Under the pieces are notes generated by a model that ran no database searches, had not been told where the DNA came from, and saw only the letters and a program-made list of their open reading frames with translations. 64,000 nt of DNA, from the IMG/VR virus record IMGVR_UViG_3300027974_000033, one strand, 5' to 3'. Both the position numbers and the translations under genes were made by a program. The DNA is from an uncultured virus (IMG/VR IMGVR_UViG_3300027974_000033). Lineage: Duplodnaviria; Heunggongvirae; Uroviricota; Caudoviricetes. Numbering within the stretch: position 1 is the stretch's first letter; every line of letters starts with the position of its first letter. Shown in pieces: positions 1-10,032 of this stretch.

Positions 1-587
1 GGCATGTCACGAACTGCAGATGTTTCAAGATCAAACAGTTCTAGTGTTGAAGCATCAAATGGTGCTTCATCTTTTGCCAATGGAATGATTGTGTAACTTG
101 TGTCTGTCTTTGTTCCAGAACGCTTTACACGCCACATCAAATTAGTGATGCTTCCCATTTCGCCAGCATATTCAATTAATGTTGGAGTAATTGTTTTACC
201 GCTTGAACCCTGAGAAAGAATAGCCACGTATGGATCTTCTTTGCCATCGTCAACAAGAACATTAATGTAAAGTCGTGAACGACCCTTCCATCCAGCCTTG
301 TAATCTTTACGGTGTTGTTCGCATCCGTAGCACTTGCCTTGGTCTTCCATTGTGCAAAGTCCTTTACGGCGATAATCTTTTGGATTTGTATGCTCTACGG
401 CAATAAATCCAAGCCCAGCCTTTTCGCTGTATGTTGGTGAGTCTGGATCAAGTTCTTGCAAGAAGCGAATCTTGACGCTCTCTGCATCTTCTAGCTTTAC
501 CCAGCGACCTTTTGTACCTTCGCCACCACTTGATTGTGGCTTGTCCATAACTTTATTAAGATCTTTTAGACCTTTTACTATTCCCAT
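1..587 (-). CDS. Single-stranded DNA-binding protein, T4 gp32-like (runs off the left edge)
   Basis: Not in the ORF track. Manual translation from ATG at 587 (SD AAAGGAG) gives MGIVKGLKDLNKVMDK...VKIRFLQE...EHT...LCTMEDQGKCYGCE, a gp32-like His/Cys Zn motif. It lies directly downstream of the primase. Confidence 0.75.
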   Translation of the reverse strand, partial: MGIVKGLKDLNKVMDKPQSSGGEGTKGRWVKLEDAESVKIRFLQELDPDSPTYSEKAGLGFIAVEHTNPKDYRRKGLCTMEDQGKCYGCEQHRKDYKAGWKGRSRLYINVLVDDGKEDPYVAILSQGSSGKTITPTLIEYAGEMGSITNLMWRVKRSGTKTDTSYTIIPLAKDEAPFDASTLELFDLETSAVRDM

Positions 588-629
588 ATTTTTCTCCTTT
601 GTAGTTGATGGTATAAATCCATCTGTTTA

Positions 630-1634
630 TTATTTTTGATGGGTCCAAGATTGATATTCAATATTGGAAACTGCGTTTTTAATACAGGCTTTAATTTCCT
701 CTTCGGTCAAATCGCCAGCATCTTTTGCATCATGTGGATATATCTTACCATATTCATACGAAGCCCACAAGAGGTCTTTATTCTTTAATCTAGATGCTAT
801 GCTGTTAGCAAGCTCACGCCCAGCATGGTCCGCATCGGTCATTAAGGTGACCTTATTAAAATATCTATTTATTAATGCCAAGTTTTCTGTGGATATATGG
901 CCACCAAGTGTTGCAATAACATTGGGGAACCCAGCCTGATGCACACGGATTGCATCAAAGCTAGACTCTACAATAATAACATTGTCACCTATTTTTTTAG
1001 CACGGTGAATGTTAAACATAGTTTTACTTCTTGGCAAATTAGTACTGTTCTTAAATTTCTTTTCTGATATTGATCGGCCAACAATACCAACTGCGAGTCC
1101 GTCTGGACTGTGTACTGGAACTGTAACCATGTCTTGTTTTGGAGAGTAGCCCAAAGAAAAATGAGCAATTGAAGACATATCAATGCCTCTAGACTTAAAA
1201 TAATTTTGTGCCTCTTGGCTAGAAACCAAATCATTATATAAACTCTTTAATATCTCTTCTGGGAATTCTACAAAGTCTGGCTTATCTTCCATCACATCGC
1301 TTAGCAGGTCGTCAAAATTTTCTAATGTCTCGGCTTCTTTTGAATAAACATATCTCATTGCTTCAAAATCATTCTTGTGTAAAACTCTTTTAACTATCTC
1401 TATCAATGATCCAGTTTCACCACATGCTGGATTAAAACACAACCATGCTCCAGTTGTTTTACTTATACTACAGCTTGCACTATGTCTGTTGGAATGAAAT
1501 GGGCAGTAGAAAGAGATCTCTATATCTGTTTCACCAGCTACCTGTAAGCCAAGGCTTTTTACAATTGCCTTTATATGCTGCTTAGAGTATTGCGTGGTAT
1601 CAGCTTTCCTTGCGTAATTGCTTCGTGCCGCCAT
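630..1634 (-). CDS. dnaG: DNA primase (CHC2 zinc finger + TOPRIM)
   Basis: Motifs CPFH...CFNPAC, IVESSFDA and MTDADHAG. The probable start is MAARSN at 1634; the track extends the ORF to 1685. Confidence 0.93.
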   Translation of the reverse strand: MAARSNYARKADTTQYSKQHIKAIVKSLGLQVAGETDIEISFYCPFHSNRHSASCSISKTTGAWLCFNPACGETGSLIEIVKRVLHKNDFEAMRYVYSKEAETLENFDDLLSDVMEDKPDFVEFPEEILKSLYNDLVSSQEAQNYFKSRGIDMSSIAHFSLGYSPKQDMVTVPVHSPDGLAVGIVGRSISEKKFKNSTNLPRSKTMFNIHRAKKIGDNVIIVESSFDAIRVHQAGFPNVIATLGGHISTENLALINRYFNKVTLMTDADHAGRELANSIASRLKNKDLLWASYEYGKIYPHDAKDAGDLTEEEIKACIKNAVSNIEYQSWTHQK

Positions 1635-1861
1635 GCCGTCTTCTTTCCTACATATGTTCCATAGAGTGTCATTAAGAACATCCATGTCGTGCCGTCAAAT
1701 TCTACCGAAAAATTAGTATCTATGTCAAGCACCCTAAGATACCCTTTGTCTCTCATTTGGTGCGTAAGCATGCTTTCATATTGATGCTTAATGCGAACCA
1801 TATCAGAGTCGTCAAGGAATTCAACTCTAACCTGGAATCTTTTTATCGGTTTGTGATTCAT
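1571..1861 (-). CDS. Hypothetical protein between helicase and primase
   Basis: Open frame overlapping both neighbours; probable start MNHKPIK at 1861. Confidence 0.6.
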   Translation of the reverse strand: MNHKPIKRFQVRVEFLDDSDMVRIKHQYESMLTHQMRDKGYLRVLDIDTNFSVEFDGTTWMFLMTLYGTYVGKKTAWRHEAITQGKLIPRNTLSSI

Positions 1862-3089
1862 TATTTTGGAACGGATTCTCATAAATCTCTTTGACGATAC
1901 CTTTGTTGATATCCCAATCTAAGTATAAACCAAATTCATGCCCATGTCGATTTTTTCTTGAGACAATCTCAATCATATTAGTGCCTGGGTATTTATGTAC
2001 TGCCATAGCCATATCGGCATCGTATTCAATAGCCTTTGACCAAGCAACCTGTGACATCATTGGTGGATTGTCTTGGTCTGAGACATCGTCCGCTGTCGCT
2101 GCAGTAATATCAATGATAGGAATGTTGTTTGATACTGCAAGCATCTTAAATTCACGAGAAACATTTCGGTTTCTTTCAACTTCAGAATTGCTTCTCTTGT
2201 TGTCGTTAAACAGCTGATGGTAGTCAAGGATAACTAGGTCTGGCTTATGCTGATCTATCTTGCCTTGAATAGTTGCTGGGGTAACTTCTGTATTGCCCTC
2301 GTTTGAAATAAGAATAAAACTATTTTTATCTGCAAACTTTTTTGTAGACCATGATCGGAAATCATCAATATTGATATCCCCCCTAGAGAAATCAGAAGCT
2401 TTAAATAAACCAGATCCAAGCATTGTGTAAATGCGATCACGCATATTTTCTGGTGACATCTCAAGAGAAACAATCATTGGTTTAAATCCTTGCTCCCAAG
2501 CTTTGCATGCAAGGTAAGAAGTGAACCAAGTCTTTCCACGACCTGGCCAACCAATTGCAACAATCAAATGTCCTGGGGCCATTCCAGTTGGGTATGCCAA
2601 ATCAATTGCCTCAAACCCTGTTTTAATTCCTGGTGAGCCACCCATTTCTGCGGAGCGCTCTCTCAACAATTCCATATATCTAATTGCAGACTCTGCATCT
2701 GTAATATCTAAGTCTCGAACGTTATTAGTAAACCTGCTTAATCCAGCTAATTGTGACTGCATGTTTTCAAGAACTCTTGATGCGGCATCTTCTTTGAGTG
2801 ATGATCCTGCACGAAGAATAATAGTCTTAAGTTTGTTAGAGATAAATTCATTCTTAAGTGTATCTAGGTAGTATCCAGTTTGTCCTTTAACATCTACTGG
2901 CTCAAAGTCTTTAAATTTTTCCTGTAAGATTCCAGCCTCTGGAACTGCTTTAAACTTATAGTAATAAGACTTTAGCCCATCCCAAATGTCTTTATGTGAT
3001 GTAAATAGGTCGTCTACGTTATCTGCAAGTAGTGTGCTTATATCTTTATTTTTACATACCGCTGAGATTAGTTCCGCTTCTGTATTCAC
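1827..3089 (-). CDS. dnaB: Replicative DnaB-like (SF4) helicase
   Basis: Walker A GWPGRGKT, SLEMS, Walker B VILDY, IEYDAD and KNRHG. Confidence 0.95.
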   Translation of the reverse strand: MNTEAELISAVCKNKDISTLLADNVDDLFTSHKDIWDGLKSYYYKFKAVPEAGILQEKFKDFEPVDVKGQTGYYLDTLKNEFISNKLKTIILRAGSSLKEDAASRVLENMQSQLAGLSRFTNNVRDLDITDAESAIRYMELLRERSAEMGGSPGIKTGFEAIDLAYPTGMAPGHLIVAIGWPGRGKTWFTSYLACKAWEQGFKPMIVSLEMSPENMRDRIYTMLGSGLFKASDFSRGDINIDDFRSWSTKKFADKNSFILISNEGNTEVTPATIQGKIDQHKPDLVILDYHQLFNDNKRSNSEVERNRNVSREFKMLAVSNNIPIIDITAATADDVSDQDNPPMMSQVAWSKAIEYDADMAMAVHKYPGTNMIEIVSRKNRHGHEFGLYLDWDINKGIVKEIYENPFQNNESQTDKKIPG

Positions 3090-3409
3090 TCTACTCCGCC
3101 TTGCTCTACCATCTTCTTCGTTTCTTCTAGTAACAAACGACGCTTCTCTTTATCTTTTTCAATTTCGGTTCTTACAATATCCATTTTATCAAAGTTGTAT
3201 AGAAAAAACTGTATAGTGTGGGCATGCTTTGTTAAATGAAAATAGTATTCAAGCAACTCTTTTGCACGGTTAAATCCTACACTATCAATGACATCTTGCA
3301 TAGCCCACTTTTCACGGAATTTGTTAATTGATGCTTCTTTGCCATATTTCTCTTTATATAAATTTTGAAATAAGCTAAGTAGGATATAGGGCTCTTTGCT
3401 ATTTGCCAC
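3086..3409 (-). CDS. Hypothetical protein (possible helicase loader/partner)
   Basis: 107-aa ORF translationally coupled to the helicase; function inferred from position only. Confidence 0.6.
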   Translation of the reverse strand: MANSKEPYILLSLFQNLYKEKYGKEASINKFREKWAMQDVIDSVGFNRAKELLEYYFHLTKHAHTIQFFLYNFDKMDIVRTEIEKDKEKRRLLLEETKKMVEQGGVE

Positions 3410-3602
3410 GCTTTAGCTCTTCCTCGACCTCTTCTGTTTTTTGAATTAATTTATTCTCAACAAAAGCATAGACTCGCTCTGTGGCTGCGTCTACAGTTTC
3501 TCCTTGTCTTACATCATCTTCAATGCCCACGCCAATTTTAATGCTCTCATAGTTACCAAGATTTCTAGTAAATGAAAGATCTACTTTTACTCTCGTTGTC
3601 AT
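3399..3602 (-). CDS. Hypothetical phage protein
   Basis: 67 aa with TRNLGNYESIK motif; RBS-like AAGGCGGA upstream; overlaps both neighbours. Confidence 0.7.
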   Translation of the reverse strand: MTTRVKVDLSFTRNLGNYESIKIGVGIEDDVRQGETVDAATERVYAFVENKLIQKTEEVEEELKRGK

Positions 3603-3712
3603 TTGTGTTCCGCCTTCTTATGTCTATTAAGTGTATCGCTAGCAAATATGCCCCAACGAACCTCTACGTCCCGATTACAGATATCGCAAGTAACTACTCT
3701 ACTTTTTTCCAT
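3599..3712 (-). CDS. 37-aa C2H2-type zinc-finger microprotein
   Basis: Below the track cutoff: MEKSRVVTCDICNRDVEVRWGIFASDTLNRHKKAEHK (CxxC...HxxxxH). Start and stop overlap the neighbouring genes; RBS-like AAGGCGGAG upstream. Confidence 0.7.
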   Translation of the reverse strand: MEKSRVVTCDICNRDVEVRWGIFASDTLNRHKKAEHK

Positions 3713-4197
3713 TACTCCGCCTTCCATACTGGAACAAATTTTCCGTCTTCGGTCTTAGTATACAACACTAAGTTGTTTTTGAGAAGAGCTTGAACCTCTG
3801 CTTTTGAAGGAATTTCTTTTGAGTGTCCTGAATCTAATATATGTTGATGTATGTCCAATATGTTCTTTTGATTAAACATATACTGAGACCAGTTTTCACT
3901 ATCTGGTTGTCCTATAGGATATATCTTTTGAGGGGTAGCAACCTTCTCATTCAATATATATTCTTGTATAGTTACCCTATGCTTATTAAGCATATAGGCA
4001 ACTTCTACAACAGTGTATGCAGTCTCCATATTCTTTTTAACTTGAGAATATGAATACATAACTCTCTTCTTGTCTGGGTAGCACCAAGCAATCATTTCAT
4101 CCTTTGATCTGGATGCTTTTAAAACCTTATGTATCTTATCGTTTAAGAAGAAATACCGTAAGCTTTTTGATTTGCCGTCTCTTTTAATTCCAGCCAT
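3712..4197 (-). CDS. Putative DNA-binding protein (MerR/excisionase-like HTH)
   Basis: YTVVEVAYMLNKHRVTIQEY fits a helix-turn-helix pattern. Confidence 0.6.
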   Translation of the reverse strand: MAGIKRDGKSKSLRYFFLNDKIHKVLKASRSKDEMIAWCYPDKKRVMYSYSQVKKNMETAYTVVEVAYMLNKHRVTIQEYILNEKVATPQKIYPIGQPDSENWSQYMFNQKNILDIHQHILDSGHSKEIPSKAEVQALLKNNLVLYTKTEDGKFVPVWKAE

Positions 4198-4328
4198 TTT
4201 CCGAAAGCACTCGTTTCTTTATTGCACATCCAGCGTTTGCCGCACATGATACAAAATAATTCCATATGTAGTTTTTGAGAAAAAACTCTATCTACAAAAA
4301 CTCTACCGTTGCATTTTCCACACCACAT
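4143..4328 (-). CDS. Small Zn-ribbon protein
   Basis: Probable start at 4328 (TAATG overlap with the upstream gene): MWCGKCNG...FCIMCGKRW, two CxxC pairs. Confidence 0.75.
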   Translation of the reverse strand: MWCGKCNGRVFVDRVFSQKLHMELFCIMCGKRWMCNKETSAFGKWLELKETANQKAYGISS

Positions 4329-5128
4329 TATAAAGTAAACAACTTTCCATCTACAACGCAGGAATAATCTGGTGCAATATGAATCATTTGAATATGTGGG
4401 TAGTCGTTGACGATATGTGCAACAGCAAATCCTTTTTGCCAATCATGGTGTTGACTATATTTCATTCCGTCACTCTTTTCATCACACATGTGTCCAATTT
4501 CATAGCCACGAAGAGTCTCTCCCTCGCCACCGTTTCTAAGTTCATATGTTACCATATGCGAAGCAATTCTGTGTGAGTGTCCACGAATAAGGGAAACCTG
4601 TAAGTCTTCCATGTCTTTTCTAACTGATCCTGATGCTGCAATTGAGAGGCCGTGGTGTACGTGGATGTCTCCGAAGCGTCGTTTAGGTAGTTCATTATAA
4701 TAAATGTATTCATATCCTAAAGAGTCTAAGCTCCACAAAGATTCTGGCGTAACCTCACTAATATATTCTGGAAGCTTGGCATCTACATAATTAAAAACTC
4801 TAATGTCATGATTACCCAATGCAGAAAATAGTTGAGCGTCTGGGAGCATCTCTCTTGTCTTTGCATAAAAATCTCTAGCGCCTTTTGCTTCGTGACGCAT
4901 CATTGGAACAATTAAATCACCGCTTTCAGTCTTATGATAATTTAAAAACTCTGCCGATCTTCCTTCTGTATACTTACTGTAACACGCCTGATCATCCGTA
5001 TCGCCTAGGTAATCAACAACGTCTGGCTTAAACCATTTCATTACTTTGAACCACAGGGCAATCATCTTATCATCTTGATACGGGAACTGCTGATCGGATG
5101 AAAGCATCCATTTTAAATCGTTGCTCAT
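4328..5128 (-). CDS. Calcineurin-like metallophosphoesterase
   Basis: Motifs SDQQ (variant of DxH), LGDTDD, GNHD, HHG and GHSH. Confidence 0.88.
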   Translation of the reverse strand: MSNDLKWMLSSDQQFPYQDDKMIALWFKVMKWFKPDVVDYLGDTDDQACYSKYTEGRSAEFLNYHKTESGDLIVPMMRHEAKGARDFYAKTREMLPDAQLFSALGNHDIRVFNYVDAKLPEYISEVTPESLWSLDSLGYEYIYYNELPKRRFGDIHVHHGLSIAASGSVRKDMEDLQVSLIRGHSHRIASHMVTYELRNGGEGETLRGYEIGHMCDEKSDGMKYSQHHDWQKGFAVAHIVNDYPHIQMIHIAPDYSCVVDGKLFTL

Positions 5129-5145
5129 TTTCTACCTTAATACGT

Positions 5146-5170
5146 AAAAAAGTCACGGGTACGTGACTTT
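5146..5170 (-). terminator. Intrinsic terminator/attenuator-like hairpin
   Basis: Minus strand AAAGTCACG-TACC-CGTGACTTT, continuing into a T run. Confidence 0.55.
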
Positions 5171-5182
5171 GATGTTACAGTA

Positions 5183-5210
5183 ATTGTAACATATTGGTAT
5201 GGCTTGTCAA
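5183..5210 (-). promoter_or_regulatory. Sigma70-type promoter upstream of the replication operon
   Basis: Minus strand TTGACA-N16-TACAAT with TG extended -10. Confidence 0.65.
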
Positions 5211-5219
5211 TAGGCTTAC

Positions 5220-5666
5220 TTAAGCCTGTGTGTTATTATCTACGTTTCCTACTGCAATCCATCTTATTACTAGGCCGTCGGTGCCAGTCATTAAAGATGA
5301 TGGTATAAGCAAACATTTAAAGCCTAGTTTTGTAGATTCAGTTAAATATACTGCATGCAGGGACTTAACACTGGCATTTGGATTTTCTATTTGTAGTGTA
5401 ACTGAAGGAATATCTGTGAATGTGACATTTTCGTAAGTCACTGTATAGGGAACAGTTTTTTTAGCTTCCGCTTTTGCCGTAAATGAACTATGCAAGGTTG
5501 TATTGGCTGATTTTAGTACAGATGTTCCAGTTGTATTTGAAATATTAATTACAGTAATTTTTTCTCCAAGAGCAACTTTAGCTATATTAGAGTTCATTCT
5601 TTGAATTACTTCAGCTGAAACTGGGTCTCCGTCATTAATTACTACTGGATCTATATTGATTGCCAT
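5220..5666 (-). CDS. Minor tail/fibre-associated protein (small beta-sandwich, lectin-like C-terminus)
   Basis: Last gene of the tail block; FTDIPSVT...GF...IRWIAVG resembles fibre tip domains. Confidence 0.6.
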   Translation of the reverse strand: MAINIDPVVINDGDPVSAEVIQRMNSNIAKVALGEKITVINISNTTGTSVLKSANTTLHSSFTAKAEAKKTVPYTVTYENVTFTDIPSVTLQIENPNASVKSLHAVYLTESTKLGFKCLLIPSSLMTGTDGLVIRWIAVGNVDNNTQA

Positions 5667-5821
5667 TATTTTTCCTTCTCAGTTGAATTTAATTTATTTG
5701 ATAATTCTGTAATTTCTGCACGAAGAACTGCAATGTGTATCTCATATTGTGAGACAATTTCTCCAATTCTTTGCTGAAGTGCTTGTGTGATTAGTTCTGT
5801 TTTTTCTATTGCATTGCTCAT
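5666..5821 (-). CDS. 51-aa coiled-coil protein
   Basis: Below the track cutoff: MSNAIEKTELITQALQQRIGEIVSQYEIHIAVLRAEITELSNKLNSTEKEK; TAATG coupling to the next gene. Confidence 0.7.
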   Translation of the reverse strand: MSNAIEKTELITQALQQRIGEIVSQYEIHIAVLRAEITELSNKLNSTEKEK

Positions 5822-5823
5822 GG

Positions 5824-6129
5824 CTATTCCTTTTCTTCAAAATATCTTTTCATAAGTAAAAAAGATTCATAGTTTATTCTGTGTTTAATAAAAGCTATGT
5901 CAGCATTATTTAATGCTTGCCCATAAATAATATCTATATCTTCTAGCAAAGATTGTTTTGATATTTGAATAAAATCAGCTAGATCATTTTCTGTTATTTG
6001 ATTTAAAATAGATTTAAATGACATTGGAGCTTTATCAAATAATACATTATTATCATCATAATAAACAATGGTTGGCCTATAAGACCCGTATGCGCTTGGG
6101 TCTATTTCAAACTCAATTTCTTTTTTCAT
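5824..6129 (-). CDS. Hypothetical protein with its own promoter
   Basis: Very AT-rich 101-aa ORF. Confidence 0.6.
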   Translation of the reverse strand: MKKEIEFEIDPSAYGSYRPTIVYYDDNNVLFDKAPMSFKSILNQITENDLADFIQISKQSLLEDIDIIYGQALNNADIAFIKHRINYESFLLMKRYFEEKE

Positions 6130-6135
6130 ATTTAC

Positions 6136-6164
6136 ATTATATCCTTTGGAATTAATTTAGTCAA
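6136..6164 (-). promoter_or_regulatory. Near-consensus promoter, leaderless transcript
   Basis: TTGACT-N17-TATAAT, 6 nt before the ATG at 6129. Confidence 0.75.
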
Positions 6165-6167
6165 GCA

Positions 6168-8657
6168 CTAAAACTGATTATTTGATGTATTAAGAGCTAT
6201 CCAATTTAAATACACTCCAGTAGAGCTAAATTGAAGACCTGCACGGTGGAACATTTCAACCGTTGCGGTAGTGCTGGTTCTACTTCTAACTGAGCATACA
6301 AGGTCATATGTTGGGTCTTCTGGGGTAACAACAATTGTACAGTTAGCATTTCCTAAATTATGAGTAATTGTTATTGTTCTTGTATTCTGATTTGAGAATG
6401 TAAATGGACCAGATCTTCCTCTATATATTGCTGCTGCATACAAGCCTTGAGTTAAATTAGTTCCAGTTGTTGGTGATATTGAAATAGAATTACCAGCTAT
6501 AAGGGTTAAATATTCTCCTCTCATTCTTATGCTATTTGTGTTTTTAGAAAAGTCAATATAGTTATAGGTCCAATCTGTTCCAACTTCCATATCGTTACTA
6601 CTATATGAAGCAACCCACCCAGCAACAGAGTGATCTTTTCCATAAACAAGAAGACCTGGCATATTAGATTGTCCAGTAACCGCACTTTGAGTTAATGCCA
6701 CTCCTCCATTTATAAAATTAAGTCCGTATGATGGATGATATCCTTGATAAATTTCTTTTCCATATATGTATGATGCAACTATATAGTCTGCCCCAACTGT
6801 TCCTTCAACAAGAAGGGAACCAGAAATTTTTGCAGTATTTGTAATGCCAAGAGATGCATTTATTTTTCCTATTATAGCTGCTGCACTAAATGATGTGCTA
6901 ATTTTATTGTCAACTGTATCTGAGGTAACTTTAGTATTTAAAGAATCTATTAAAGAAGCCATGCTACCGTAGCCAGTAATAGATGCACCACTTAATGCTC
7001 CAGAAAATGTTCCATTAGATTGCAAAGCATTATCTGCTTTTTGTTTTATATCTCCAATTGTTGAACCGTCCGAAAATGAAGATCCAATATCTATATTATT
7101 TAATGTTGCGCTTGTAGCATATAATTTTCCACCAGATGTTACTCTAAAAGCTGCAGTTGTGGGATCATTGCTTCCAATCCACATTCTGTATGTGTTTCCA
7201 TCTGAAGAAGATGTTTCTGATGATGACATTTTTATGATAGTTCCAACATTTGAGTTTCCAAGCTGTATGTATCCAGAGCTATCAAGCACAGCATTATTTT
7301 TAGAAATCTGAGTTCCACTTAAAGACCAATTACCGATGCTTCCAGCATTTGCAGTTATTGTTCCTGTTGCTGCATCCAATGTTACTGAGTTAGATCCATT
7401 TGCTACCTTAAGTCCAGTTGAATTAAGAGCAAAACCATTGCCTGCAAGTGTTCCATTTGGATTAATTGAACCATTGTAAATTGATGCCCCAGATGTAGAA
7501 AGATTAATATTACCACCAATGGTTGCAGTTCCTGTTGCACCTATGTTTCCATCTATGCTTAAAGTTTCGCCGTCCCATTTAATATAATTTGATGTCGGTC
7601 CACCAACTTTAAATTCTGCTGTGCTACCAGAATTTATATACCAATAATTACTTGAGTTAAATAAAAGACCACGTTTTCCGCTTACAACCCCATCACCAAA
7701 TTTAAATGCACCAGCAGATATGTATCCGTTCATTACTGGTGTTCCTGGAATTTCTAGTGTGCCACCAGAAACATAACCAGACGTTGTGTTATTGTATTGA
7801 TCATATGTTGCAACTGCAAACTCGTATGTTACTCCAACACCAAGTCCTTCTAGCTTGTATGATGTGCCAGAACCAGGAGAATCGGCATATGAATATACAG
7901 AGCCTCCGACAGGCTTAAATCTTATTCTGTACCCTCGAATGTCGCCAGATGTAACCGCACCCCAGTTTATGTTTGCATAGCCATTAAACCCAAGATATGC
8001 GTCAGGATCAATTCCACCACTAACTGATGCAGATCCAACTGCTGGGGGGCCAGTTATATCAACAACAATAGGATCCACTGGTTTTATTGGACCCCTAATT
8101 ACAAATTTATTTGCGCTAGTTGTATTTGAATGAAAAAATTTATCTCTATGTAATATTTTAATATATCTATCTGCTGTGCTTGATGCAAGAATGTTAGCCT
8201 GTGTTCCAGTTCCAGTCCAAACTACTGGCTCGGAGCCATTAAAGGAACTTGATGTGCCTTCCCATATTATAGTATCCGTATAGTTTGTCCATACTGGCTT
8301 GTCCCATGTAACCTGATATGACAGAACTCCGCCTGTTGCTACAACATTTGTTGGTGCTTCTGTATAGTCAGGGATTGCTGCTGCAACTTGAGCTTGTGTT
8401 ACAACAAATCGTGGTGATGGTGGACCAACTACAATTGTAGTATCTTGAGGATCATCATTAGACAATATATAAGAAAATACAAAACCATAATCTTTATATA
8501 AATTTAAATCTATATTTTCTATTATAACTTCATAAGAATTTTGAGACCCAGATACAACTGCATTGGCAGCTTGTACAGCGGTAATTGAAAGGTCTGGGGC
8601 AGCAACTTGTTGTGAAGGCTGGTATCCTCCTGAATCTAGGTAGTCAGGTAAACGCAT
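6168..8657 (-). CDS. Minor tail/central fibre protein with FN3 domains
   Basis: FN3 pattern W...GYRIRFKP...YKLEGLGVGVTYEFAVAT; Gly/Ser-rich beta repeats; C-terminal ITHNLG...WIA domain. Confidence 0.75.
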   Translation of the reverse strand: MRLPDYLDSGGYQPSQQVAAPDLSITAVQAANAVVSGSQNSYEVIIENIDLNLYKDYGFVFSYILSNDDPQDTTIVVGPPSPRFVVTQAQVAAAIPDYTEAPTNVVATGGVLSYQVTWDKPVWTNYTDTIIWEGTSSSFNGSEPVVWTGTGTQANILASSTADRYIKILHRDKFFHSNTTSANKFVIRGPIKPVDPIVVDITGPPAVGSASVSGGIDPDAYLGFNGYANINWGAVTSGDIRGYRIRFKPVGGSVYSYADSPGSGTSYKLEGLGVGVTYEFAVATYDQYNNTTSGYVSGGTLEIPGTPVMNGYISAGAFKFGDGVVSGKRGLLFNSSNYWYINSGSTAEFKVGGPTSNYIKWDGETLSIDGNIGATGTATIGGNINLSTSGASIYNGSINPNGTLAGNGFALNSTGLKVANGSNSVTLDAATGTITANAGSIGNWSLSGTQISKNNAVLDSSGYIQLGNSNVGTIIKMSSSETSSSDGNTYRMWIGSNDPTTAAFRVTSGGKLYATSATLNNIDIGSSFSDGSTIGDIKQKADNALQSNGTFSGALSGASITGYGSMASLIDSLNTKVTSDTVDNKISTSFSAAAIIGKINASLGITNTAKISGSLLVEGTVGADYIVASYIYGKEIYQGYHPSYGLNFINGGVALTQSAVTGQSNMPGLLVYGKDHSVAGWVASYSSNDMEVGTDWTYNYIDFSKNTNSIRMRGEYLTLIAGNSISISPTTGTNLTQGLYAAAIYRGRSGPFTFSNQNTRTITITHNLGNANCTIVVTPEDPTYDLVCSVRSRTSTTATVEMFHRAGLQFSSTGVYLNWIALNTSNNQF

Positions 8658-9635
8658 TTAGAAACTAAGTCCAAGCTTATACTCTATATCCATTTGTTTT
8701 CCAGAAACTTTTGTTATAGGAGAAGATAAAACTGATCTGCTTATTAATCCGTATATTGGATCAAAGGAATCTTCATCATTAATTTTTAGACCATCCATGT
8801 AAACAGTAGTTCCAGATATTGTTTTTGATTTTGCCCCAACTAGTATTTTATTAATTGAAGTTGCATCGGGTGTACCAGACTTATACAAAGATCCAAAAAG
8901 TTCTGACAGCGAGTTACTTTTAATTTTATTTGGGCTTTCTGGTGATGTTATTGAAGAATCACCAATAATTCTAGTCTCAAAGTAATCAGTATTACCACTA
9001 TAAAATCTAATATAAATATAATCTAAATTAGTATCCGCTTGTCTAAATGCTAAAGTTAAACTGTCATAGATACTGTACCCAGATAAATCAAAGCTAGCAT
9101 TAAACCAATATTCTTTTGTAGAATAAGTTGATGGAGAAGTGACTACTGGTGTAGTCAATTTAAATAGAGATGCTCCTAGTCTTGGCTCTGGTGTTGTTAC
9201 AAGAACTGGATTATCTCCTAATGAATCAACCCAAGGCAAAGCATTTTCAAATGAGCTTATGTATCTGTCTGAATAATCTTTTTTATTTGTTGATTGTGAT
9301 GGAAATAATCCAACTTCTTTAATTAAACCAACAACATCATTTGGTAAAGATGTTTTATATATAACAGAATATGTAGTTATTCCAGTAATTGAATTTGTCT
9401 CTATATTTGGAGAGTTTACTTCTACGGGTGCTTTATAAAATTCAAAATCAAGTCTTGTATCATCTACTGTTGCTTCATTTGATCCTATTCCTATAGCAAT
9501 AGCTTTGCTTGTAAATCCTAATGTGCCAGCTAAATAGTTTGTTAAAAATCTTTTTCCAAATTTAGTTAAAATATTATTTTGTCTATGAACTTCTACGCCG
9601 TCTTCATAAAATATATACGTTCCTTTTAATTCCAT
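8658..9635 (-). CDS. Minor tail/baseplate protein
   Basis: Motifs NILTKFG...IAIGIG...IKEVGLF; lies within the tail tip block. Confidence 0.7.
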   Translation of the reverse strand: MELKGTYIFYEDGVEVHRQNNILTKFGKRFLTNYLAGTLGFTSKAIAIGIGSNEATVDDTRLDFEFYKAPVEVNSPNIETNSITGITTYSVIYKTSLPNDVVGLIKEVGLFPSQSTNKKDYSDRYISSFENALPWVDSLGDNPVLVTTPEPRLGASLFKLTTPVVTSPSTYSTKEYWFNASFDLSGYSIYDSLTLAFRQADTNLDYIYIRFYSGNTDYFETRIIGDSSITSPESPNKIKSNSLSELFGSLYKSGTPDATSINKILVGAKSKTISGTTVYMDGLKINDEDSFDPIYGLISRSVLSSPITKVSGKQMDIEYKLGLSF

Positions 9636-10015
9636 TATCCACCAACTCCTTTGACGCCACGAACTGCATCAGCTGCATTATTTTTTACTGTAAATTTAAA
9701 TCTTATTTTTGAACTTTTATTTATGTCTTGATATATTTCTATATTTTTTAAGCTTATGTCTGATAATGTAGGGAATGGTCTTTGATCTGATGTGTCATCA
9801 GTAATTAGAATATCTTCACCTTTTGAGTAATTGCTAGAGCCTGATTTGCTATTTGGTAGAGTTAAAATAACGCTTCCATCTAACTGTGCTGTAATAACTA
9901 AATCATAGTACTGGCTTTTTAATATGCCTACAAGGGGATCATCTGCGGGAAGTTGAATTTTTTGCTTAGTAGTAAAACCACTAAACTTTATCTTATTATT
10001 ATCTACAGTTGCCAT
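9635..10015 (-). CDS. Hypothetical tail-region protein
   Basis: 126 aa, coupled to the next gene; preceded by TGG-TAGAAT-N6-ATG. Confidence 0.6.
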   Translation of the reverse strand: MATVDNNKIKFSGFTTKQKIQLPADDPLVGILKSQYYDLVITAQLDGSVILTLPNSKSGSSNYSKGEDILITDDTSDQRPFPTLSDISLKNIEIYQDINKSSKIRFKFTVKNNAADAVRGVKGVGG

Positions 10016-10032
10016 TTTATTATTCTACCATT

